DNA of 57,515 nt from a virus (lineage: Duplodnaviria; Caudoviricetes): positions 1 through 57,515 of IMG/VR virus record IMGVR_UViG_3300033565_000004. The stretch is one strand, 5' to 3'. A program made the translations under genes and the position numbers. Every line of letters begins with the position of its first letter. Position 1 is the first letter of the stretch. A model generated the notes under the pieces. The model was given only the letters and a program-made list of their open reading frames with translations. It did not search any database and was not told where the DNA came from. Shown here one piece after another: positions 46,816 through 55,318 of the stretch.

Positions 46816-47631
46816 TTAATTCGCCTTGGCGTCGTCTATTACGTTTGGATTCGCGTGACATTCGTAAACATAAGCGCGATATTCTTCGACTGTCATTCCG
46901 TTGGCTTTGCCGAGCCATTCGATTAGACGGTCGAAGCGTTCTTGTTCGAGATTGAAGCGTTGCCTATTCGCTTCAAACCATTCGAAGATATTGTGATTAT
47001 ATTTCGAGCAATTTAAACTTTTTGTCATCGGATAAATATTTTCGAAAGTAAAACCGCCACCCATTGACTGCGGGATTGCGTGCTCTTTCTCGAGATTATC
47101 TGTACGTCCAGTAAGAGCGCAAGCGTTTCCGAAATACTCAAGTGTTATAGAGTATTGTTCGATGGTTAGCGTATCTGGCAAGTTCTTTTTACGAGCTATG
47201 CGGCGTTTTTTTGTTAGCCTACGTTTATCGCGGTTAGTTTGCGCCCAATATCGTAAGCACTCTGACCTGCATAACTTACACCTTGATTCACGTCCGCCAA
47301 GCCCTTTCTTTTTAATGTGGTAGTTGTCAAGGACGGTCCATTTTCCGCATTGAGAGCATTTTTTTCCGGTAACTCCGTCAACTATTTCGAGTTCGCTTTT
47401 TTTATTTATTCGCCTACCTTCCTTTCTTCGCTGAACTCCTTCGAGTTCAGATATACACCCCTTGCAATTCGGTCTTTTGCCCCCAACTCCGGTAATGTGT
47501 TTGGAAAAGTTATTAAGCGCCAAAATTTTATTGCAGCTCGCGCACTCCTTCGCTACTATTACAGTCCTCTCATCTACATAATAAACGGTCCCTTTTTGAC
47601 TTCGATTCTCCGTCAACCCTTCGAGATTCAT
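46816..47631 (-). CDS. HNH endonuclease with repeated CxxC zinc fingers
   Basis: Two KxCxxC..CKxC repeats; CALTG..L.KEHAIP...GG....N........NCSK. Confidence 0.8.
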   Translation of the reverse strand: MNLEGLTENRSQKGTVYYVDERTVIVAKECASCNKILALNNFSKHITGVGGKRPNCKGCISELEGVQRRKEGRRINKKSELEIVDGVTGKKCSQCGKWTVLDNYHIKKKGLGGRESRCKLCRSECLRYWAQTNRDKRRLTKKRRIARKKNLPDTLTIEQYSITLEYFGNACALTGRTDNLEKEHAIPQSMGGGFTFENIYPMTKSLNCSKYNHNIFEWFEANRQRFNLEQERFDRLIEWLGKANGMTVEEYRAYVYECHANPNVIDDAKAN

Positions 47632-48158
47632 TTCGTCACTCCTCGTTTAACTTCGTTGACGTTTCCGTAAAACTTCACATATTGCGTAATCACCTTACGA
47701 CGTTTCACTTCCGCCATGCTCACGACCTTCATTCCGCCTCAACCTCCCGCCAGACTGCGCAACAGATTCCGAAAATTACTGCGGTTACATACAATAGAAG
47801 AAACATCGTCATATCAATCGCCCTCCTAATTTTCCCAACTTACTTAGGGCTTCTTCGTTGCTTCCGTCATACAATCGGATAGGGTCGTGCTTGAATCGCT
47901 TAATTTTTCGTTCAAATGACGTATCTTTTACGTTTGTTGGCGTATAATATATATCATTACGATTCGCTGAATATTTTCCCAACTTCGTAGCCTCCAATTG
48001 GTTGCGTTTTGCGATGAAAACGCGTATTATAAAAACGGGTGTATATTAAAGTTACGTTACAGTGTAAAGACACCGTATGTACATTTCGTGAATTTTTGTT
48101 ATAATAAAAGCGAGACGATTTGACGCGGTGCCTATGTGCCAAACCGTCTTTCTTAAAA

Positions 48159-48761
48159 CTAAAGCGCTACTAAATAGTCGTGATAATCTCCGAACTGTTT
48201 GGTACTAAATTTGCCCGCCAGGCGATTTAATGCGCGTGTTACTTTCGAATGGTGAACTCCGAGCTCCTTCGCGATTGCCGTCGCTGTGGGTTTCGGGTGA
48301 GCCAGGAACGCTTCAACGATTGCCGTCGTTTTAGCATCCGCACCGTTCAGAAGAGAGTCGATTAGCTTACGCTGATCGGCTTTTTTCTTTGCGATGATTT
48401 GTTCTTCGAGGTTAAAGTCGTCTTTGATTTCGAAGTTTGCCGCTTCGTCATCATCGACCGTAAGTAATTCGCGGTTAAAGCTTTTTACGTTCTTTCGGTT
48501 GAATCCTCGTCGCTCTAGCGAAACTGCTGCGTTGAAGAAGTGGGTGAAGTCCGATGTGCCGTCGAATCTTTCAATACACCTCATTAGTACGTCTTCGTAA
48601 AGTGCGCGAGTGTCATGGTAGTTAGATCGGACGGAGCTGGCGATTTTTTCTAATTTGCGATTGACCTTTTCGATGGTGGCCTCGTGGATGATTGCGAATG
48701 AATCGTCGCTGCGGCTCCGTTGGAATTCTAATACCGCGTTATTAAGTTTTAAATTATTCAA
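48159..48761 (-). CDS. Phage sigma-factor-like protein (region 2 plus HTH)
   Basis: L.RCIERFD...DF.HF region-2-like segment; TAIAKELGVHHSKVTRAL HTH; GGAGG RBS with TTG start. Confidence 0.75.
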   Translation of the reverse strand: MNNLKLNNAVLEFQRSRSDDSFAIIHEATIEKVNRKLEKIASSVRSNYHDTRALYEDVLMRCIERFDGTSDFTHFFNAAVSLERRGFNRKNVKSFNRELLTVDDDEAANFEIKDDFNLEEQIIAKKKADQRKLIDSLLNGADAKTTAIVEAFLAHPKPTATAIAKELGVHHSKVTRALNRLAGKFSTKQFGDYHDYLVAL

Positions 48762-48873
48762 CTTTTTTCCTCCTTGTTTTGCGCCTTCATAAGATTATAG
48801 GTAGTTAATTTTAATCTCGCGCAGTTTTTTTAATTTTTCTTTTATAATCCTTTGGTGCGTGTCTACAATAAAT

Positions 48874-48942
48874 AATATAGCATGGAAATAATGGAAAAAT
48901 TGGAAAGTAAACAATCTTTGAATTCTGATATTTTGTTTACTT
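48874..48942 (-). promoter_or_regulatory. Candidate AimR operator plus extended -10 promoter
   Basis: Perfect inverted repeat AAGTAAACAA-N18-TTGTTTACTT (48905-48942); TGCTATATT at 48874-48882 with no good -35. Confidence 0.6.
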
Positions 48943-48952
48943 GAGTGAACAC

Positions 48953-48980
48953 AAAAAAAAGACAGCCGATTATGGCTGCC
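48953..48980 (-). terminator. Intrinsic terminator after aimP
   Basis: ggcagcc-ataatc-ggctgtc followed by T8. Confidence 0.85.
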
Positions 48981-49003
48981 AGTAATAATTATTCAGTTGA
49001 AAA

Positions 49004-49144
49004 TCAACCGCCTACTTTATCAGAGTACGGTGTGACAAACCCTCCGACCTTATCACTAGCTGTATCTACGCCTCCGTTGCTAAGCACTAATGGAACGACA
49101 ACCAATGCTGACGCGATTAAAACACCTAATAAAATTTTCTTCAA
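49004..49144 (-). CDS. aimP: Arbitrium signalling propeptide AimP (46 aa; not in track)
   Basis: TTG start after AAAGGGG; MKKILLGVLIASALVVVPLVLSNGGVDTASDKVGGFVTPYSDKVGG = signal peptide plus two SDKVGG. Confidence 0.88.
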   Translation of the reverse strand: MKKILLGVLIASALVVVPLVLSNGGVDTASDKVGGFVTPYSDKVGG

Positions 49145-50297
49145 ATTCTACATCCCCTTTAATTTCAATTTTAAAATCTACAAAATCATCAATCAATGCT
49201 GACGTTTCTCCGAGCTTCTTGGTCTCTCTTGCTGCTATACTAGCGAATAAATAATTGGATCGTTTAAAAAAATACTTTCTGCATTCGTGCATCTTTTTTA
49301 AGGAATTTTTTGCGCCGGCTCTCAGTATTACTAAAAAGTCATCTTCTCCTTGTTGGAAAATCGCCTCCTTGAGTAGTTTTAGTTCGAATTCGCTACCTTT
49401 ATTATCTTGTAGTCTTAGTAGTATGGGATCAGAATCTGCATCTAGTTTGAATCCCAAATAAAGTTTAGCGTATTCTAAGTTTCGTCGAGCCATTTTTTCT
49501 ATATCCGGCTCTCCAAGTGTTTTAGCAATCTCATATCTTATCTGAAGGTTTTCGATGCACTTGTGTTTATCTTCAGACAAGTACGACATCCCTACTATAT
49601 CATAGGCTCCAGAAACTGTTTTCGCGCAGATATTCGCATTAATTATTAAATAAGCGTAGTAACGTGCGGATTTAACATCGTTAAAATGCACACTAACATG
49701 GCCTAAAAGTTCGGAAATTCTATGTAGATAGCTCTCTTTGATGAATAAGTGCCGATCATTTAATTCGAAGACTAATTTTTCAGCTTCCTTTGCTGTTTCT
49801 AATATTAAATGGTACTTTCCGTGATAATAGTAATTGTAGCATTTAATGATTTCCGCTAAGATAGCTAATTCACCACTTAATTGACCGACTTTATTTAATC
49901 GATTGACTAAATCTTTTGCGCCGATAGCATTAATGTAAAAGTCATAAAGCACGGAATAAATGGCAACATATTTTGAAACTGCTTTATCATTAGCGAATAA
50001 GTCGATTAATTGTTTGAGGAGTTTTTTATTACGTGTTATTGAAGCATACTCGAAACTTTGCTTGATGGATTCTGTGGTATTCACACGCAAACACCAGCTT
50101 TCCATTGTAACTACTTGAGTGTCCGGATAAAGTACGTGCGATAGTCTAAGGAGTTTGCGGAAACTCAATCCGCCGTTGTTGTTGAGGAAACGGGACAATT
50201 CCTGTTTTGTGCATTCAATAAGTTTTGCAACCGTGTCGATATTAAGAGTGTTGTGATCTTCAATCCTATTGTAAATCTCTATGTGGAGCGTTTGCAT
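49080..50297 (-). CDS. aimR: Arbitrium receptor AimR (HTH plus TPR, RRNPP family)
   Basis: N-terminal HTH (LSRFLN), FEYAS motif, helical TPR-like body of about 400 aa, followed by propeptide gene and terminator. Confidence 0.88.
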   Translation of the reverse strand: MQTLHIEIYNRIEDHNTLNIDTVAKLIECTKQELSRFLNNNGGLSFRKLLRLSHVLYPDTQVVTMESWCLRVNTTESIKQSFEYASITRNKKLLKQLIDLFANDKAVSKYVAIYSVLYDFYINAIGAKDLVNRLNKVGQLSGELAILAEIIKCYNYYYHGKYHLILETAKEAEKLVFELNDRHLFIKESYLHRISELLGHVSVHFNDVKSARYYAYLIINANICAKTVSGAYDIVGMSYLSEDKHKCIENLQIRYEIAKTLGEPDIEKMARRNLEYAKLYLGFKLDADSDPILLRLQDNKGSEFELKLLKEAIFQQGEDDFLVILRAGAKNSLKKMHECRKYFFKRSNYLFASIAARETKKLGETSALIDDFVDFKIEIKGDVEFEENFIRCFNRVSIGCRSISA

Positions 50298-50402
50298 AAA
50301 TAATTGTCCCCCTTTAATTTCTTGTTAATATTTTCCGTTTTTTCTGTTATAATTAGATTGTACTACGAATGTTCACTAAAGTATACATAAAATTGGAAGG
50401 AA

Positions 50403-50624
50403 GTGTATAAAATGATAGATTTTTCCCCGCTTCATAAAACATTAGAAGAGAAAAACATGGTAATTAGTGACATGCGCGATAAAATTCTTCACCCAAAAAC
50501 TATCGCAGCCATCAATCGAAACAGCGACGTCAACCTAAGCACGGTCGAAAAAATATGCTTATTCCTGGACGTCCCTATCGAAAAAGTAGTCCGCTTTATT
50601 CCGGACGGATCTAAACAAAAATAA
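50403..50624 (+). CDS. Cro/CI-type HTH regulator
   Basis: IDFSPL..TL, TIAAIN...VNL.T.EKIC..LDVPIE.VV; TGTTATAAT upstream at 50345-50353. Confidence 0.85.
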   Translation: MYKMIDFSPLHKTLEEKNMVISDMRDKILHPKTIAAINRNSDVNLSTVEKICLFLDVPIEKVVRFIPDGSKQK

Positions 50625-50657
50625 TCTAACATTAACATTGCGAGGTGAAGCGCCACG

Positions 50658-50879
50658 ATTACGGTCGGTAGGTGCTTGCTACAAGACCGGCTTGACGAAA
50701 TTGGTATGACGCAAGTCCAACTAGCGGAAAGGACTCGAAAATCTCCGCAGTGGATTTCGGACATTGTAAACGATCGCCATAAACTTTCGTTAAAAAACGC
50801 CAAGCTGATCGCCGATACCGTTGGATGCCACATAGACGACCTCTATGAGTGGCACCACCGTCGTAGCAAGCGCCGGTAG
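50658..50879 (+). CDS. XRE-family HTH regulator (candidate repressor)
   Basis: MTQVQLAER...SPQWISD, C.IDDLYEW; start may be ATT 50658 (track gives TTG 50676). Confidence 0.85.
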   Translation: MTVGRCLLQDRLDEIGMTQVQLAERTRKSPQWISDIVNDRHKLSLKNAKLIADTVGCHIDDLYEWHHRRSKRR

Positions 50880-51067
50880 TAAGGTAGGATTTTTACCTAC
50901 CACGACCGAAACTACGTAAACTTACGTATATCGAAGGAATGCAAAAAAGCCAACGCGAAAAATAAGGACCTCATGTGGTCGCAAATTTTTTACGTCAGCT
51001 TCGAGACAGCGCATAAAAACCCTGTGCAAGTAAACCTCTGTATGTCGGACATTCACCGCAAACCGTG

Positions 51068-51451
51068 TTAGGGAATCGTGACTTGCCCATCAGTTATTAG
51101 TTTTTCTAAATCATGGTTAAGGTATAGGACGCTGAGTGAGTACCCTAGTTCATGTTCTACCCTATGCTCAATCCTCTTTATCCGCAGTTCAGAGTGATAC
51201 ATGCTTATAACGGACTGGAAGTGTTTGTACACATCATCATAAATCATTTCGTAAAACTTCAATTCTATCGCTCGGTCGTGGTTGATGAACCGAAAGAGCA
51301 TTTTCTCAAGATCGTTGAACTTCGCGTATAACTTACACGTAATCACGTCGCCCATTATGCGGACCTGCGCTTTATTCGCACCAGCGTCGATGATTGCTTT
51401 CCGTGCCACGCTGAGATGTTTTGCCATACTGATTTCTACGCTCTTTAACAT
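51068..51451 (-). CDS. Hypothetical protein, DUF2294/MpsC-like pattern
   Basis: K...G....V.I..D.I...L...F..LEK.L pattern and C-terminal L..DLEK. Confidence 0.5.
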   Translation of the reverse strand: MLKSVEISMAKHLSVARKAIIDAGANKAQVRIMGDVITCKLYAKFNDLEKMLFRFINHDRAIELKFYEMIYDDVYKHFQSVISMYHSELRIKRIEHRVEHELGYSLSVLYLNHDLEKLITDGQVTIP

Positions 51452-51458
51452 TGTATAT

Positions 51459-52466
51459 CTAGTCCTTTCTACGTAACTTCACGTACAAAAACGGAACGCC
51501 TTCCGCCTTCTCCACTGCAGCCCTCAACGCATCAGCACCGTACTTCACCAGCGCCTCATTCGCATCCTTGACGAAAGAGCCGTCACTTTGGCCACCACCG
51601 CCCACATACGCATGCCTAATCCGTACGTGCCCACGCATCATCGACTCAATCTCTCTCCGCAGTTTGCCGCCTGCTTTATCGTTATCCGTCGCGATAACCA
51701 AGTCCTCGATAGGCGACCGCAATATCAAATCCCGCTTCCATTCGTTAAAACTCGCACCTCCAACGGCCACCGCGCTATAGCCCGCTTGAACCCAGCTCAG
51801 CGCATCAATCTCGGCTTCACATATAACGGTGGTCGGTTGCGCATTCTCTATTCCGTAGACCATTTCGCGAATTGGCCATCCTCCACGCTCATACCAAAAC
51901 GCTTTGCCGAACGTCTTGCGATACTTCACGTTTGCAAGCGAGCCATTTGCGAGCCTCCACGGTAAAACTGCCGCTTTCTTTTCGCGGTCATAAAGGACGC
52001 CCATTTGCCGCTGGGTTTCTTTACTGATGCCGCGATTTTTTAAATACGTATAGTCTTCGGTGTATTTCGTCATGATGTTCGTATTCAACGACTGCCTAGA
52101 TCGCTGAATACGTAGATTAATAGGTTTGAGCGTAACTGTGCCGCCCGTTTCGTCTTGCCATCCGTATTCGCCCGCCAGGTATTCTTCCGTTTCTTCATAC
52201 GTTTCATTGCGTAAAAATGACAGTAGCTTGACGAAGTTGCCGCTCGCCCATTCGCTGTCATATGCGCCACTGTCCGCCCAAGTTCCTGCAGGATAATCTC
52301 CGTGCGGTTCTAGTAGGACGAAGAAGCTTGGCGTCTTATCGTAACGAAACGGACTGGCGGCTATCAGCTTATCTGACGACCAATTCGGGCGTACCCACGT
52401 AAATTGCTCGAGCTCAGCGCGAATGTCGACTTCCACCGTTTGCCCGCGAACCTTAATCGATGACAT
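51459..52466 (-). CDS. DNA primase (TOPRIM)
   Basis: SPFR.D..PSF, YL..RGI, KYR, CEAEIDALS and TDND.AG. Confidence 0.9.
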   Translation of the reverse strand: MSSIKVRGQTVEVDIRAELEQFTWVRPNWSSDKLIAASPFRYDKTPSFFVLLEPHGDYPAGTWADSGAYDSEWASGNFVKLLSFLRNETYEETEEYLAGEYGWQDETGGTVTLKPINLRIQRSRQSLNTNIMTKYTEDYTYLKNRGISKETQRQMGVLYDREKKAAVLPWRLANGSLANVKYRKTFGKAFWYERGGWPIREMVYGIENAQPTTVICEAEIDALSWVQAGYSAVAVGGASFNEWKRDLILRSPIEDLVIATDNDKAGGKLRREIESMMRGHVRIRHAYVGGGGQSDGSFVKDANEALVKYGADALRAAVEKAEGVPFLYVKLRRKD

Positions 52467-52653
52467 TCGGAATCACCCTCCAATACTGCGCAATGTCCTT
52501 TATTGTACATTCCGGAGTGCGCCACGCGCCTGCTGAATCGTCAATCGACTCAATGTATCCGGTATGCTCGCTGACTTTTACGAATTTACCAACGGAATTA
52601 TTAAACTTGCTGCGTACCATGTCGCCATCTTTCATCGGACATCCCTCCTTCAA
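52453..52653 (-). CDS. Hypothetical protein
   Basis: GGAGG before the internal Met (MKDGD); overlaps the primase start. Confidence 0.55.
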   Translation of the reverse strand: MKEGCPMKDGDMVRSKFNNSVGKFVKVSEHTGYIESIDDSAGAWRTPECTIKDIAQYWRVIPNVID

Positions 52654-52770
52654 TCACTTGCATATACAACAAACGACATATTTCATTTTACCGCTTTAAT
52701 TAAGTTGTGAATAGGGGTGAAATATGTCGAATTGTCTTTTTTGTAACTATTTAGTAATATTCGTAACACT

Positions 52771-54123
52771 TTAGAAGTCGAACTGGCTTACGGCTGCCTC
52801 GCCCGTCTCCGGTTCTCTAACGATACCAACTTGCGGAATATAAATAATCTCCGCACTAATTCCTTCGCCCCCATCGCGCCCTTTATTCAATCCGATTAAA
52901 CCGCGCCCTTGCTTATAATCCGTATCAACTCCGATTAGTAGGTACGCATCCTCAAGTAATTGCTTCGTTTTCTTCACGTCTTTACGTTCTGGCAACGCTA
53001 ATTCACGCGAGCCCTCCTCGTCTTTTGATTCCGTTGTTTCCTCGGCCTGAGTAATTGCAAATATAACCGTCTGCGTCTTTCCGGCTAGTCTTCGCAATTT
53101 CATGGACGTGTTCGCAGCGTCTCCGCCAGTTGTTTTCGATGTGTTCGTCTCATAGTCGAGGTAATAAAACGGATCAATAATCACAACGTCGGCTTTCGTT
53201 TCTAGGATGTCGGCTTCAAGCGCTCGCAAATCACGAGTAAGAAAGTCGTCATCATCGACCGCTCTCACCGTAATGTTACCGGGAATAAAGTCGTTCAACG
53301 TATCTACGAAAACCCTAAACGCCGCTTCGAATTCTTCGTTTAGTTTTCCGTAGCGCAGCTCCGATGAATCAAATCCGGCATCTAAGTCTAGTCCGTGCAT
53401 ATTCGCAGTCGTAAGACCTTGCCGAGCCGATATGCTTACGAATATACGAACAAGCACTTCAAACCAGCCCATTTCCATCGCCCATATTAATACGTTAGCG
53501 CCTTGCATGGCCGCCTCAATACCTTCTTCGAGTGTTATTACGGACTTACCTCGACCTGACTTTCCGTAGACCGTGTAAACGTTTGACGATACATAACCGC
53601 CAACTTGTTCGTTGATGAACGGAAACTTTGAACGCCAAATCTTGAACGACTCGCCCGATTTCCGACGATCATATTCCGCCATAAACTTGTCGCCGTCCGC
53701 TTTGATGTCCGTTCCTATTTTATTGCGAACGCTTGTTCTTAGTTTAATACTTTCAACCTCCGATTGCAACCATTCGAAATATTTAAATATATCTTTTTCG
53801 CCTACAGTTTCGAATTGTGCGCCGAGCTTACCGTTGGCCAGTTCCGCAAACTGCACTTTTGCCGAGTGCTTCTTTATTTCTCGCGCTAAAAACTCGTAGC
53901 CGTCTGAAACTTGCGGCGTATATACGAAATCTGGACACTCCGCTGTAACCGTTGCATATCCGGGTGCCTGCCCGCGATTCTTGTCGGCATAATCGAGGAT
54001 AAAGCGGAGGGTCTGCCTATCACCCTCCGTCGCACAATCCTTCGCTGTGATGCCGTATTTTGTTAGCGCCTGGACGTTATTATCGTCGATTGCTTTGCTT
54101 AGCAACATTTGCGTATAATGCAT
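52771..54123 (-). CDS. DnaB-like replicative helicase
   Basis: GKSGRGKS, MEM, IIDP.Y, ITQ and KGRDG. Confidence 0.92.
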   Translation of the reverse strand: MHYTQMLLSKAIDDNNVQALTKYGITAKDCATEGDRQTLRFILDYADKNRGQAPGYATVTAECPDFVYTPQVSDGYEFLAREIKKHSAKVQFAELANGKLGAQFETVGEKDIFKYFEWLQSEVESIKLRTSVRNKIGTDIKADGDKFMAEYDRRKSGESFKIWRSKFPFINEQVGGYVSSNVYTVYGKSGRGKSVITLEEGIEAAMQGANVLIWAMEMGWFEVLVRIFVSISARQGLTTANMHGLDLDAGFDSSELRYGKLNEEFEAAFRVFVDTLNDFIPGNITVRAVDDDDFLTRDLRALEADILETKADVVIIDPFYYLDYETNTSKTTGGDAANTSMKLRRLAGKTQTVIFAITQAEETTESKDEEGSRELALPERKDVKKTKQLLEDAYLLIGVDTDYKQGRGLIGLNKGRDGGEGISAEIIYIPQVGIVREPETGEAAVSQFDF

Positions 54124-54140
54124 TCGCTCACCTCCTTTCG

Positions 54141-54521
54141 TTACTTATTTGCGAGAAATTCCCGCTTCAATTCTTCGTAATCTAACCCGAGTTTCTTAAT
54201 GAGATAGTCGAATACGTCCTCTTTCGCAACTTTTTCTCCGTTACAGAACGGGCAATATTTTGGATCAATTCCAGTGTCGTCGATTATTCCGCCAACTTCG
54301 ACCCATCCTTTTTCGATCCATTCGTCCTCGATTCCGTACTCTTTCTTCATTTCGTCGGAACCGTCATATCTAATGCAATATTCGTGAGTATATTGGTCGT
54401 TGATATCGTCGTTTACTAGACAATACGTACATAAACTGTGTTGACATTTATCGCAATGATGGACGCATTCCTCATACCGGCTTTCTCCGCAACAATCACA
54501 CGCATAAAAATCTACGCTCAT
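54141..54521 (-). CDS. Cys-rich hypothetical protein
   Basis: Multiple CxxC motifs; GGAGG RBS. Confidence 0.7.
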   Translation of the reverse strand: MSVDFYACDCCGESRYEECVHHCDKCQHSLCTYCLVNDDINDQYTHEYCIRYDGSDEMKKEYGIEDEWIEKGWVEVGGIIDDTGIDPKYCPFCNGEKVAKEDVFDYLIKKLGLDYEELKREFLANK

Positions 54522-55085
54522 TTATTCCACCTCCGTTAATTTTTTCAACTCGCAGTCAATCGCCATCACCCTATCGCCATACGCCTCATTCCCCGTCTTC
54601 GCCAGCATATCCGCTGCCCAATTCCGCAAGTCTAGCAAGTTATCAATCTGCTCACCGCGCTTCTTACGCATTTCCTTCTGCTCCTTCGCCAATTGTGCGC
54701 TTAACTCCCTCGCTGTTGGCTTACGTGGTTCCTGTTTCGCCATTGCTTTCAGCCCCTTTTCGTATTCGTCGATTTGTCTTGCGAAATTCATAACATCCGC
54801 TCTCCAATCCGTTGGCGCTGGGTTTGCACGGACGTACTCATCCGCCTGACCAGCGTCGGTCACAAATTCGACATCCTCGCCGTCAACCTCTAAATACTCT
54901 CCGTTATGTGCGTCTAGTACTTCGTATACAATTTCGTTGTATTCCTCTTCCGGCAAGCAGTTACGGATTAATTGGTACGCGATGACCATAAATAGGCGCC
55001 CATCGTAACCATCGACCGTTACCAGGTCGCCGTGTGTTGCCGGTAAATCAAACTCGAATTCTTCGCCGTTCGGTTCGTTTGTCAT
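54522..55085 (-). CDS. Hypothetical protein (SH3-like N-terminus, IDNLLD helical C-terminus)
   Basis: GGAGG RBS; coupled overlap. Confidence 0.7.
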   Translation of the reverse strand: MTNEPNGEEFEFDLPATHGDLVTVDGYDGRLFMVIAYQLIRNCLPEEEYNEIVYEVLDAHNGEYLEVDGEDVEFVTDAGQADEYVRANPAPTDWRADVMNFARQIDEYEKGLKAMAKQEPRKPTARELSAQLAKEQKEMRKKRGEQIDNLLDLRNWAADMLAKTGNEAYGDRVMAIDCELKKLTEVE

Positions 55086-55318
55086 TCGGACGCCTCCTTC
55101 AATTTCGTTTTTACTTTTCCGAGTTTTCCATTCCGAATGTTAAATCGGTAAAGGCCGACTCCTTTTAACTTCAACGCATAAAATCCGCCTTTCAGGAAGT
55201 ACCAAGGGAATTCGATTCTACTACCGTTAACCAAAACCTTTCCGCTAATTAAACACTCGAGCGATTCTGAATAACTTTCGCAGGCACCTATTCTTACTAA
55301 TACTTGCTGAATTTCCAT
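55082..55318 (-). CDS. Small S4-like RNA-binding domain protein
   Basis: Start MEIQQ at TGATG overlap; L...G...S.SE....I..GKV.VNG S4 pattern. Confidence 0.55.
   Translation of the reverse strand: MEIQQVLVRIGACESYSESLECLISGKVLVNGSRIEFPWYFLKGGFYALKLKGVGLYRFNIRNGKLGKVKTKLKEASE

Noticed and set aside
48945-49202. Plus-strand 85-aa ORF with PPTLS repeats
   Set aside because: It is the reverse complement of aimP; the repeats mirror SDKVGG.
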